A DNA stretch of 64,000 nucleotides, from contig NC_043016.1 of assembly GCF_006345805.1 (NCBI RefSeq), forward strand, positions 10,230,001 to 10,294,000, read 5' to 3'. Position numbers and translations under genes: made by a program. Source of the stretch: Octopus sinensis. Taxonomy: Eukaryota. This document shows positions 50,758 through 63,787 of this stretch, piece after piece. Below the pieces are notes generated by a model. The model was not told where the DNA came from. It ran no database searches and was given only the letters and a program-made list of their open reading frames with translations. Every line of letters starts with the position of its first letter. The first letter of the stretch is position 1.

Positions 50758-50818
50758 GAAGAGATCAGCGGACATGTTTCTGTCATTAAAAGCATCATCA
50801 GCACAGCAGATTCCCTCC
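50758..50818 (-). ncRNA. Solitary hammerhead-like relic
   Basis: GTG-CTGATGA-TGC(TTTTAAT)GACA-GAAA-CATG-TC-CGC; palindromic ACATGT stem III, GUC triplet, stem II imperfect. Confidence 0.45.
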
Positions 50819-51019
50819 CTTGTTTCTAGCAGAACGAGATAATCGGGTATATTAAAAGAATTTTAGAAAAAACAAACAAAAAAAAAACAAACAAATGAAA
50901 AAACAAAAAACAATTGTGGCTTTCTCTCCACTGAGATGGCTGGAATAGTAATTTTTGGGGGTAGATATGTATTTATTTTAATATCAACATCTGCATGTCC
51001 TCATGTGTATATTTCTTGA

Positions 51020-51360
51020 AGTACTTTTAGTCGAACGAGTTGACCCTCGTACTAAATTTTTAAGGGTAGGTAATTATTCTATCGGTCATTTTTGCTGAGC
51101 TACTAAGTTACAAGGACTTAAACACACTAACTACGGTTGTCAAACGGCGATAAGAGACAGAGAGATACACACAAACACATACATACACACGCGCGCGCGA
51201 GAGAGAAGGGGTTCTTTCAGTTTCCATCTACCAAATCCACTCACAAGGCTTTGGTCGGCCAGGACTTATAGTAGAAGGCAATGTTTCACGCAATAAGATT
51301 GAACCCAGAACCACGCGGTTGGGAAGCAAACTTTCTAACACACAGACACGCCTGCGCATG
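51020..51360 (-). mobile_element. SINE family A (diverged)
   Basis: Family match. Confidence 0.75.
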
Positions 51361-51586
51361 ACTATCAGAATACATTATTTTAGCTCTGCGTCAGCATAAC
51401 GAGCCTTCTATGACCATTATGTAAAGTCCACTTCATCAACAATATTGCTCTTAGATTTTACTTTGGTTTAGCCGAAAATTCATTTAAAGCAAGCTTTTAT
51501 TAAACGTATTTGAACATTGAAGATAATCAACAGAAGATACGGTAGAACATATTTGTTTTATTAAACAAAGTTTGAAATTCTTTTCT

Positions 51587-51752
51587 AGGCGTAGGAGTGG
51601 CTGTGTGGTAAGTAGCTTGCTTACCAACCACATGGTTCCGGGCTCAGTCCTACTGCGTGGCACCTTGGGCAAGTGTCTTCTACAATAGACTCGTACCGAC
51701 CAAAGCCTTGTGAGTGGATTTGGTAGATGGAAACTGAAAGAAGCCCGTCGTA

Positions 51753-51798
<46 letters not shown>

Positions 51799-51985
51799 TG
51801 TATATACATATACATATATATACGTATGTACGTTGTGTGTATATGCTTGTGTGTCTGTGCTTGTCTCCCCCAGCATCGCTTGACAACCGATGCTGGTATG
51901 CTTACGTCACCGTAACTATAGACTCGTACCGACCAAAGCCTTGTGAGTGGATTTGGTATACGGAAACTGAAAGAAGCCCGTCGTA

Positions 51986-52063
<78 letters not shown>

Positions 52064-52330
52064 ATACATATGCATATATATACATATGTACGTGTGTGTA
52101 TATGCTTGTGTGTCTGTGTTGTCCCCCCCCCAGCATCGCTTGACAACCGATGCTGGTGTGTTTACGTCCCCGTAACTTAGCGGTTCGGCAAAAGAAGCCG
52201 ATAGAATAAGTTCTAGGCTTACAAAGAATAAGTCCTGGGGAGTCGATTTGCTCGACTAAAGGCGGTGCTCCAGCATGGCCACAGTCAAATGACTGAAACA
52301 AGTAAAAGAGTAAAAGAGTAAAAGAGAGAG
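51587..52330 (+). mobile_element. SINE family A with internal tandem duplication
   Basis: The segment beginning ATAGACTCGTACCGACC is repeated, restarting at about 51918. Confidence 0.88.
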
Positions 52331-52923
52331 AGATAGTTCGAATTTGCATTCAGCTTCACAATACGTACATGGTAATTTCCGAATTTCAGAACTTTCGTTT
52401 ACGTCTGTACTATAAACTTCGTTTAAATGAAAATGCATAAATTTATTTCAAATGACAACAGTCTAATTTAATATGTATGGCTTTAGTCTTATTTTTAATA
52501 CGTCCGTAAACTTAGAATAAGCAGCCAAATCCATAGCAATTTGAATTACACAATAATATTTGTTCGCACGGATTTATATTTTTAATCTCCATTTTAGAGA
52601 TTAGCGATATTAATTGCGAAGAGTTATTTCCATGGCGCTGCATTTGCCAAAGCATTTCGTTCTGCATTGCTCGAGTCAAACTCAGCGGAAAATGAATATC
52701 AGCAACAGCTGGGAATTAACAATGTGACGGACTGATATCCTGTTCGGAGGAGGTGATGGTGGCGGTGGCGGCGGCGGCGGTGGCGGCGGTGGCGGCGGGG
52801 ATGTTGAGTTTTTCTAGTTGCAGCTGCTTATACGTCATGGAAAGAGGGATCAACTCCGGCCTACGCAGATAAAAAACAAAAACAAAAACAAAAATACTCT
52901 TTAACTTATATATATATATATAT

Positions 52924-52957
<34 letters not shown>

Positions 52958-53360
52958 AGGCTGTGTGGTAAGTAACTTGCTTACGAACCACACGGTTCCG
53001 GGTTCAGTCCCACTGCGTGGAAGCTTGGGCAAGTGTCTTCTACTATAGCCTCGGGCCGACCAATACCTTGTGAGTGGATTTGGTGTACGAAAACTGAAAG
53101 AAGCCCGTCGTATATATGTAAATATATATGTATGTATGTGTGTGTATATGTTTGTGTGTCTGTGTTTGTCCCCCCAACATCGCTTGACAACCGATGCTGG
53201 TGTGTTTACGTCCCCGTAACTTAGCAGTTCGGCAAAAGAGACCGATAGAATAAGTACTGGGCTTACAAAGAATAAGCCCCGGGGTCGATTTGCTCGACTA
53301 AAGGCGGTGCTCCAGCTTGGCCACAGTCAAATGACTGAAACAAGTAAAAGAGTAAAGAGT
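52958..53360 (+). mobile_element. SINE family A
   Basis: Family match, slightly 5'-truncated. Confidence 0.88.
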
Positions 53361-53450
53361 ATATACATATACGCACACATATACATACGAATACACATAT
53401 AGCAAGTTAAAAATAATGTTCATCTGCCTATTTACCTTTATTGGAATCTA

Positions 53451-53494
<44 letters not shown>

Positions 53495-53526
53495 TTTATC
53501 TATCTGTCCGTCCGTCCGTCCGTCTA

Positions 53527-53574
<48 letters not shown>

Positions 53575-53750
53575 TCTATCTATATGGACGGACGATAGTC
53601 ACATCGGCTCGTAATAAGTTTGCCTTTTATTGCCTTCAAAAGTTTGTGTTTGAATTAACTAATACATTCGGTTGTGCAAATTCTTTGCACGGGAAACCTG
53701 CCCTGTGTGGCGTGTTTCCCGGTTTTGTAAATTTTTTTTCGGCTTTCTCA

Positions 53751-54062
53751 GCCATTTCTGTTTTGACGATGGCGACTTCAAGCCATGAAGTCGTTGTTGA
53801 AAGGAACGCTGGTCTCCTTGACAACGCTTACGACGGTGATTTCCCTACCCTGCCTTCCCCACGGCTTCACGAGGGAGGGAAGAAGGGGAGGAGAAGTAAC
53901 AGAGGTGCAAGTGTGAGCACGGACGCTAGCATCGCCGCCGCCGACACACGAAAAATTGGAAGCAACCAGACGACAGCTTCACAGTCAGATACTCCTACTA
54001 CTACGGACACCACCGCCACCGCCACCGCCACCGCGTTGAGTAGAGAGGCAAGTTTTGTCTAG
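53751..54062 (+). CDS. Candidate coding exon, product unknown
   Basis: Pyrimidine tract and CAG end at 53750; only one frame stays open; ATG in GACGATGG context at 53769; CpG-rich unique sequence. No recognisable homology. Confidence 0.25.
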   Translation, partial: AISVLTMATSSHEVVVERNAGLLDNAYDGDFPTLPSPRLHEGGKKGRRSNRGASVSTDASIAAADTRKIGSNQTTASQSDTPTTTDTTATATATALSREASFV

Positions 54063-54824
54063 CGACTGTTTCAGAAAAAGATGGGTAAATGTAGCAAGGA
54101 TGGCACGAATGAATGACGAAGCCACCTTGAGCATGATCCTATGAACAGTAAAATATCTAATACAGAGAGTTACTTATTTGTAAATAAATGTTAATATGTG
54201 ACGTAATTGCCCGAGGTTACTGTGGTCTTTTCGTAGGTTTTTCTTTCCATAGATAAACCTCCCCATTTCTTGGGAACTTTTTGTACTATTTCGACATTTT
54301 TATCGTTGTCACTATTTTTTTTTTCGCCCTCCTCGAAAAGAAAAACTCTACATTGTAATTGTCCCCCTCTGTGTTTAAGCCCTGTGTGGCCAATAAAGAA
54401 ATGATCTATCTGTGTGTATGTGTGTGTGTGTGTGTTTAGTTAGATACGGTCAATATAGAAAATACACAGCAGGGCTCAAAAGGATTTGAACTTAAATTTC
54501 GAATTCTTTGAGAAATCCAATTCCAGCTGGTTTGTAGGTTGTAATGGAGATGGAAACAGTTAGTCTTGATACAGTTAGGCTTGTAAATATAATTATATCA
54601 ACCGTAACTCTGTTTATCTTCAGTATACAATAACGTATGTATGCATACACACACACACACACAAACATAGATAGATGCATACATACATACACACACATAT
54701 GCACGCACACATCGTCATCATTAACATCGTCATTGCGACCGCGGTCGAACATTCCTGATAAAGTTTGTCCGCAATTCACGGTTATCCATTGTTCCTAGGA
54801 CATTATCATCATTATTATGTATTT

Positions 54825-55402
54825 CTTTATTGCCTACAAGGGGCTAAACACAGAAGGGACAAACAAGGACAAAGGGATTAAGTCGATTACATCGACCCCA
54901 GCGCCTAACTGGTACTTATTTAATCGACCCCGAAAGAATGAAAGGCAAAGTCGACCTCGGCGGAATTTGAACTCAGAACGTAGCGGCAGACGAAATACCT
55001 ATTTCTTTACTACCCACAAGGGGCTAAACACAGAGGGGTCAAACAAGGACAGACACATGGATTAAGTCGATTACATCGACCCCAGTGCTCAACTGATACT
55101 TATTTAATCGACCCCGAAAGGATGAAAGGCAAAGTCAACCTTGGCGGAATTCGAACTCAGAACGTAACGACAGACGAAATACTTATTTCTTTACTACCCA
55201 CAAGGTGTTAAACACAGAGAGGACAAACAAGGACAGACAAACGGATTAAGTCGATTACATCGACACCAGACCGTAACTGGTACTTATTTAATCGACCCCG
55301 AAAGGATGAAAGGCAAAGTCAACCTCGGCGGAATTTGAACTCAGAACGTAACGGCAGACGAAATACCGCTGAGTATTTCGCCCGGCGTGCTAACATTTCT
55401 GG
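54825..55402 (-). mobile_element. SINE family B trimer
   Basis: Junctions near 54997 and 55181; single head. Confidence 0.9.
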
Positions 55403-56150
55403 AGGTCTGTATCTGAGAGTTAATCATTGAATATTCGAACATGTCTTTCTCTATTGTGTCTGCAGTGAGCTGGTTTCCACAACAGTAGCTTGTGTATAAC
55501 TTCCTGCTTGCTCCTCCACCAATGTCCTGCAAATGGTAACTGTCTCTGAGCAATTGTAGTTGTTATCTTGGGCAAGCTTCCGTATAAACTTTCATTTGTA
55601 ATGCTTACGCTTTGTACAACTCTAAGTTGTCTAGTGTATATAAACCATCGAATTTCTTCCTAAGTGCCTGTGTCAGGGGTCATGTAACTGATTCATACAA
55701 TAACACTGATCCATATAACCTGACTTCCATATCTTTTCCATTTCGTTCATTGCAGCCCAGGCTTTGCTAATTCTATTATCCATGTGCCTTTTTGATGAAC
55801 TTAACCTGCTGCCAAAATACAGAAAATAATTAACTCGATTTATTATTCTGCCATTTCAATCTTCTTGGTTTAGTGACGTATACTCTGTGTTGGTAACATT
55901 TACGTGTAGATCAATTTTCCCGGAAGACAATTCGATTTTATGAAGCAGTTCTTGAGCTTGATCAATGGTATTTGATAAAAGAGCTATGTCACCAACAAAA
56001 TCTGTATCACATATGACAGTTGGCGGGTTTCGCTCACTTCTCCTTCTTGTCAATATAAAGCCGAGATCTTGTTCGTTATCAATGGCTTCCCTCACGGCGT
56101 AGACAAGAGTGATTACTTGCGTTTCAAAGTTTTCCAGTTTTCCATCTCTC
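55403..56150 (-). mobile_element. RTE-clade LINE RT fragment
   Basis: GFILTRRRSERNP...CDTDFVGDIALLS...AQELL (degenerate DFADD motif). Confidence 0.75.
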
Positions 56151-56409
56151 AAACAACGGCCAGCTTTTATGTCGCCAGTTAAGAGTAGTAGTAGTAATGG
56201 TTTCTTGCAATCCGTCTAGTTGTTATATTGTAGTGGTTTTTTTTTTTTCACTATGTGCTCTTTAGAAATTAAATTTTATGTTTTATTTTTCATAATCGCC
56301 TGAAGACGGCTACAAGGAAACCCAAGATAAAAATTACTGAAACTTAGCTTTCAATGAATTATATATCACTCTATATTTTACTGCTGATTACATCTATCTA
56401 TCTGTCTAC

Positions 56410-56443
<34 letters not shown>

Positions 56444-56469
56444 GTCTGTCTGTCTGCTTGTTTGTCTGC

Positions 56470-56551
<82 letters not shown>

Positions 56552-56583
56552 GTTTATCTATCTAAGTCTCTGTTTCTGCCTGT

Positions 56584-56660
<77 letters not shown>

Positions 56661-57489
56661 TTTATTTTTTTATTTGTTTCAGCCATGCGGCTGCAGTCAT
56701 ACATACATACATACATACATACATACATACAACACACACCACACACACACACTCACACACACACACACCACACACCACACCACACACACACAACACACAC
56801 ACACCACAAACAAATGTATGATTTATATACACACATTGTATTATTTATTTTATTCCGTTTGTTTTAAATGGTATTATGCATACTTCAAGATTTACTTTCT
56901 GAGTCGCTGAATTTATATTTTTTCATTGATTTTCTGACAGCTCAATTAGATTTCTCTCTTTTACCTACGTTTCATTACACTAGTAAAACGTGCACCCGTC
57001 AGGTCAGGTGATGTTTTACTTTTCTTTGTATGCTTGTAGATTCTTGTGGATTCAGTTTTAATTATTGCTATCTTTATTGTTGTATCGATTTTATTCAATG
57101 AGTTGCGGTCATGCTGGGGCACTGTTTTTTTAATAAAAAAAATTATCGATCTTTTATAATTCCTTTTGCATAAAGAGATGCAAATAGGCGCAATGTTTTC
57201 GTACGAGTGTAGACAAAAGCATGCATGCATACATACATATATATATACATACATTCATATATACATACCCGTTTGCATGTAATATACATATATACATACA
57301 CACACACACATATATGCATACATACATTCATAATACATACATGCATACATACACACATGGATAGATACATACATGCATGCATGCATACATATATACATAC
57401 ATAATACCAACACACAAACATACATACATGCCTGCCTGCCTGCCTACATACATACATACAATTATGCATACATGTATGCATTACTACCT

Positions 57490-57680
57490 GACCGGCCCTC
57501 TGCCGGTGGCATGTAAAAAGCACCCACTACACTCTCGGAGTGGTTGGCGTTAGGAAGGGCATCCAGCTGTAGAAACCTTGCCAGATCAGATTGAAGCCTG
57601 GCGCAGCCATCTGGTTGCCAGACCTCAGTCAAATCGTCCAACCCATGCTAGCATGGAAAGCGGACGTTAAACGATGATAA
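57490..57680 (+). mobile_element. Short retroposon family C
   Basis: GGAAGGGCATCCAGCTGTAG...GGACGTTAAACGATGAT. Confidence 0.85.
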
Positions 57681-57689
57681 TGGTACATG

Positions 57690-57843
57690 CATGCATAAAT
57701 ACGTACGTGCATAAATACGCACACATATACATATATGCATACAAACATACATACATACATACATACTTACACGCATACATACATACATACGTACATACAT
57801 ACATACATACATACATACGTACATACATACACACATACATACA

Positions 57844-57875
<32 letters not shown>

Positions 57876-58620
57876 CATACATAATACATACATACATACA
57901 TACATACGTACATACATACACACATACATACATACATACATACATACATACATACATACACACATACATACATACATACATACACACACATACATACATA
58001 CATACATACATACATACATACATACACACACACATACATACATACATACATACATACATACATACATACATACATACACACACATACATACATACATACA
58101 TACATACATACATACATACATACATGCATACATACATACATACATACATACATACATACATACATGCATACATACATGCATACATACATACATACATACA
58201 TACATACATACATACATACATACACACACATACATACATACATACATACATACATACATACACACACATACATACATACATACATACATGTACTACATAC
58301 ATACATACATACATACATACATACATAACATACATACATACATACATACATACATACACCACACATACATACATACATACACCACATACATACATAATAC
58401 ATACATACATACATACATACATACATACATACATTACATACATACATACACATACATACATACATACATACATGCATACATACATACATACATACATACA
58501 CACACATACATACATACATACATACATACATACATACATACATACATACGTACATACATACATACATACATACATACATACATACACACATACATACATA
58601 CATACATACACACACATACA

Positions 58621-58652
<32 letters not shown>

Positions 58653-58796
58653 CATACATACATACATACATACATACATACATACACATACATACATACA
58701 TACATACATACATACATACATACATACATACATACATACATACATACACACACATATACATACATACATACATACATACATACATACATACATACA

Positions 58797-58830
<34 letters not shown>
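57690..58830. repeat. About 1.1-kb (CATA)n microsatellite
   Basis: Read directly from the sequence; source of the YVCM and HTYI ORFs. Confidence 0.97.
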
Positions 58831-58835
58831 CGTAG

Positions 58836-59180
58836 GTAACCAAGCTGAAACACAAACAGCCAGATGTCGTTGTGTGGGACCTCTAAAATAAAAATATGGT
58901 CTGTTTTGTAAACCAGGTGCCCTCTGGACACTAATGTGGTTAGAAAAACGCAAGAGAAAGAAGACATCTATGGACTATAGAGGAGGAATTGCAAATTCAG
59001 TACCCGAGATGTACTTTCGTCTTCATGCTTATTGTTATTCGAGCAACTGGATACATCTGGAGCAAAGCATAGCTGGATTTGGAACTTAGTGGAAAGGATG
59101 CACATCTTTGATTCATACACTACAAATGATCACGATATCTGGGACTATGAAAATCTGCAAGATTTTATTAAGATTTAAAG
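58836..59180 (+). mobile_element. RLE-domain 3' fragment of an R4/NeSL-like LINE
   Basis: KLKHKQPDVVVWD, CPLDTNVVRKTQEKEDIYG, ELQIQYP...IVIRATGYI and LQMITISGTMKICK across frameshifts. Confidence 0.65.
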
Positions 59181-59409
59181 AATGATGTATAAAACAAGAT
59201 GCTTTCCTTCTTAACCTTGTTGCCTCTATACAGAAGTTATACAGCAAACTCAAAAGGGCAGCATTTATAAAAGAGCCGCCTGGGACGCGAATTCTCCCAT
59301 CGGCCTCTTCCCTTTAACCACGTAACTGTTGTCCCCTGATACATATTCTCCTAGATTCAATAGAACTCATTGAACCGATACTCAAAGAAGTACGCCAAAT
59401 TGCAAACAA

Positions 59410-59597
59410 TAGGCGCAGGAGTGGCTGTGTGGTAAGTAGCTTGCTTACTAGCCGTATGGTTCTGGGTTCAGTCCCACTGCGTGGCACATTGGGCAGGTGT
59501 CTTCTACTATAGCCTCGGGCAGACGAAAGCCTTGTGAGTGGATTTGGTAGACGGAAACTGAAAGAAGCCCGTCGTATATATATATATATATATGTGT

Positions 59598-59632
<35 letters not shown>

Positions 59633-59862
59633 TGTGTGTGGGTGTGTGGTGTGTATGTTTGTGTGTCTGTGTTTGTCCCCACCAACATCGCTTGATGTTG
59701 GAGTATTTACGTCCCCGTCACTTAGCGGTTCGGCAAGAGATACCGATAGAATAAGTACTAGGCTTACAATGAATAAGTCCTGGGGTCGATTTGCTCGACT
59801 AAAGGCGGTGCTCCAGCATGGCCACAGTCAAATGACTGAAACAAATAAACAAATAAAAGAAT
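59410..59862 (+). mobile_element. SINE family A
   Basis: Full-length family match. Confidence 0.9.
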
Positions 59863-60362
59863 AAATACGTGTTGATGTTTTTTTTTTATTCCATAGGAAT
59901 AATGGAATAATGGAATCCCTTGTCGTAAGGCTATGAATTACTATTTCCGTGCCGATGTTTCTTGTTCCTACGAAGGAGTTTCTTCTGGAAGATCGACAGA
60001 ATCTACGCAGTTTGTCAGACTGTTAGAAATGACAGCCACATCTTTCTCGTAAATGGACGACGAAGACATTAAGATAATGTGGTCCTGAAAAAACCCCCCA
60101 AAAACAACAAACAAAAAAACCCCAGAAAAACCCCAGAAAAACCCACAGCAACTGGTCGAAGCGAACGAGGGAGTCTCTACGTAGTTTCATCGTGGTGCTT
60201 GAAATAGATGCTGAATCTCCCTCAAACCCACACGTAACTGTTTTAAAAGAATGGAGGAACATGCTAAGGTCATGTAAAACTCAGTATACTGTGTCTGGAA
60301 ATAAATACGAGTTGGTTACTTTTAGAGTACCTCTGACCACTGGTCTGCTGCACCAGGACAAT

Positions 60363-60410
<48 letters not shown>

Positions 60411-60506
60411 AAATACTACCATCACTACTACTACTACTACTACTACTACTATTACTACTACTACTACCACCGCCACCACCACCACCACCACCACCACCAC
60501 CACTAT

Positions 60507-60547
<41 letters not shown>

Positions 60548-60570
60548 ACCACCACCACCACCACCACCAT

Positions 60571-60618
<48 letters not shown>

Positions 60619-60792
60619 AGAGTAGTGATAAAAAAGGTAAAATATGCAGACAGGACAAGGCTAAAAAAAAAAAATATCGAATATGCACAGTGAAGAAAAA
60701 AGGGAGAAAAAAGGAAAACGTGTAGACAGGATAGTGTAAGGCAGAGGTAAAAAGGTAACATGAACAGAGACAAGGCAGGGGTGGAATAAAAA

Positions 60793-61183
60793 TCTTATAT
60801 ATAAAAGTGAAGTTGTGTGAGTGTCTGTCTCCTACGATTTAGATTCCTAACTACTCCCACATTTTGCGGTGCAGTTTAACCAAAACCAGGTATCTTATAG
60901 TCGTGATTCATATCGAGCCCTTCTGGGTATTAGCGCGCGTCTACGATGAGTCTACGATTTTAAAAGTAATTTACCATCATTTTTTCCATTTTAATGCATA
61001 TTTTTTAAAGGGAAGTAACTCTCTAAAAATGTCTACGATGAGTCAACGATTTAAAAAAAAATTTACCATCATTTTTTTTCCATTTTAATGCATTTTTTTG
61101 CTATTTTTTGGCTATAACTCTCTAAAAATGCTTATATAGTTATTTCCCTTACAAACCCGAGCAACGCCGGGCGATACTGCTTG
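60793..61183 (+). mobile_element. Non-autonomous Helitron
   Basis: A|TC start, subterminal hairpin CCCGAGCAACGCCGGG, 3' end CTTG|T (CTAG mutated). Confidence 0.82.
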
Positions 61184-61492
61184 TAAGTAATATATACATA
61201 GAGGGTACGGATAAAAAGGTAAAGTGCACAAAATCTCATGTTGCCACGCATAAGATATATCATTGCAAAACTGTCTGAACAGTGTGGTCTTCAGGATCTA
61301 TGATACATCTGGAAAATAATGGCATTTTCCGCCTGTTGTAGCCAATTTGTTAATTTGCAGTATAAAAGTTCATCTCCAAGACAAGTTAGTGTAAGTTTTC
61401 TTCTGAAAGATTCACAGTTGCCTTTGTACTCAATCTGTCCCGTTTCTTTGTTTCTCTCTCTTTTATTTTCTCATTTGCTCTTTCTCTCGCAG

Positions 61493-61610
61493 TCTCTCTC
61501 CATGCCACCAATGTTATCAAAAGGAAAGAACAACAACGGCAGATACAGCATGGCATCAATATTGTTGCAGACATTGCTGCCAGAACACAAAGAACAAAAG
61601 AACCGACCCT
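61493..61610 (+). CDS. Candidate 118-bp internal exon of an unidentified gene
   Basis: About 50-nt polypyrimidine tract with CAG ending at 61492; donor CCT|GTAAGG at 61611; all three frames open. Confidence 0.35.
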
Positions 61611-63683
61611 GTAAGGCATTGCGTCTGCGCTCTCTCTCAGATGGTTCCACCCAAATCTGGATCCCTGGAGTGGAATTTTATTTTTATTGACCACGAAAAA
61701 GATAAAAGGCAAAGTTAAGCGGTGACCATAGGAATTAAGAACTTAGAACTCAGAGGATTGGCACAAATACCACACCGCATTCCACCCGGTGCTCAAACGA
61801 CACTACCGAATTCGCATTATTATTTGATCTCAAAATTGCACCTTGTAGTTCTACCTTGTAACCACGTGCCATAGGTCCGCCCAGACAGCACTAAACTAGG
61901 AACTAAGGATCATCACCATGATGATGATAATGATGATAATGATCACCACCACCGCCATCACCACTAATAACAACATCGACAACAGACACAACGACCGCAA
62001 CTAAGAGCTCACGAAGGAGCCTTTACGTGGAAGTATAGGCTGCAATAAATAGCACCCAAATTGTCCTCGTATGATAGACAACCTGACTTCTTTTAAAAGG
62101 GGAGCTTTGAACAAAATATCTCTAAGATATTCTGCTTGAAATACAGACGAGATAGTCGCATTTGATCCTGGGTCTGCAGCATTTATGTGTTACTCGGGGT
62201 TTAAACCACAACATGAACATCATTAGTAGCAGCAGTAGCAACAACGACTTTTGAACCATTCTCATGATAAATAAATTTTCAATTTTTTTTTGTTTTAGAA
62301 TACCCAGAACAATCGTTGTATACTCGTAAAGGTTTGCTGTAATGGTTCGTTTTCGATCAGAACTGGGACAATTTCTTCCAGTTCTGGGACAATTTCTTCC
62401 AGTTCTTCACTACTTGGAAGATACAGAATATTTTATCTTGAAAATGTCACATACATTTTTGTCACATATGGCACACCAAATAAATGAGAATTGTAACCAC
62501 AGATATTGTTACCCAGAAAATTCAGCATTTCTTTGAAATTTCAAGATCAATAAGACGTTTTTTATGCTACTCTGGAAAAATTCAGAGGAGTTAGCAGTTA
62601 ATATGCTTTTAGGTGAAAAGGAGTTAGTTCGTGTGTTGTCAAGTATGTTACACTTTTTAGATCCGCTTCAAAAAAAAAAAAAAAAAAAAAAAACTCTTTG
62701 ATACTTTCCTTGGTAGTCAACTTTATTGTGAAAAATGAATCAATACAATTCTTGTAAATAATCAAGATTTATAGGCTAGATATTTCATAATTTGTTCCGC
62801 CGTAACTGTCGTGTACGTCACGCGAGAATGCTCTTTCTAGAGTTATATGGATTATGAAATCTCACAAGAAAGACAAAAATTTTGTTGTTGCTGTCATTGT
62901 TAGTAATTGTACTTAATTACTTCTTAGACTTCGTTAGCACAAACATTCGATAAACGACATTCCATTTGTGATTGTCTTGTATTTTGAGACATAATTTATG
63001 TCAGAAGGCCATGTTATGCAATAGTATGCTTTAAAAAGAAAGGATAAACTGTAATCTAAAAGAAATTTCGCTGCTACTTCTACCAGGTCAAGCAACCAAA
63101 CAGAGTCATTTTTATTGGTGCCAAATAAATATTTAAGGCTTTGTCTTATGTAAAACGTTTTCTGCTGTTTCTGTTAATATATCTACGTTAAGTTAGATAT
63201 ACAAAATGCTGCTCTGAATCGACAATGCTTCTGTCACTAACAATGAATTTTAACCCAGTCTGTCAGCTATCTGCGAAGCCAGTGTTTTGCTAGTCACTAT
63301 TTTTCTATGTAAGTAGAAGCGAAATTTGTCTAAACATGCAGTTGATAGTGGATACATGCTACCTGATGATGCGCAAAGTCGCAGAAATTAGGATTTAGGT
63401 ATACCTCTAACGGTGTTGAAAACTTTTCGTCTGCTGCTGAAATATTTGTGCCTTTTAACGATATAAGTTTTTAACGGTAAATGAGAATGATTTGGCTGCT
63501 GTTTCTAAGAAGCCAAGATTACACAAGAAACTTTTTTCAAGACAATACTGACGCTTTGTGGCTTTCTACAGAATATCCATGCATGTTGAGTAAGATGTAT
63601 AGAATGCTATTCTTTCAAGTAATTTTCTTTTGTCTACCAATAATTTATTGGCAACCATAGTTATTGACCACGTTGGTAATTTG

Positions 63684-63684
<1 letters not shown>

Positions 63685-63729
<45 letters not shown>

Positions 63730-63731
63730 GT

Positions 63732-63785
<54 letters not shown>
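63685..63785. repeat. (GA)n microsatellite
   Basis: Read directly from the sequence. Confidence 0.95.

Positions 63786-63787
<2 letters not shown>

Noticed and set aside
52740-52800. (GGC)n poly-Gly frame
   Set aside because: Bounded by stops and lacking convincing splice sites; treated as a simple repeat.
57648-58967. Longest ORFs (up to 428 aa, YVCM/HTYI repeats) and similar poly-I/M/S/D/V ORFs elsewhere
   Set aside because: They are translations of microsatellites that happen to lack stop codons.
8632-59688. Recurrent ORFs containing PRSGTEPGTMWLVSKLLTTQPLL or CHAVGLNPEPCG
   Set aside because: These are antisense translations of the SINE A head, not a protein family.
62299-62331. Possible micro-exon after a T-rich acceptor
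   Set aside because: Weak donor and no recognisable peptide.
63355-63410. CTGATGA-TGCG/CGCA-GAAA hammerhead-like core
   Set aside because: Core and stem II fit, but no register gives stem III, a UH triplet and stem I together.
63540-63640. LWLSTEYP peptide resembling the hAT dimerisation domain
   Set aside because: Too short, and the downstream YLCE.GFS motif is absent.
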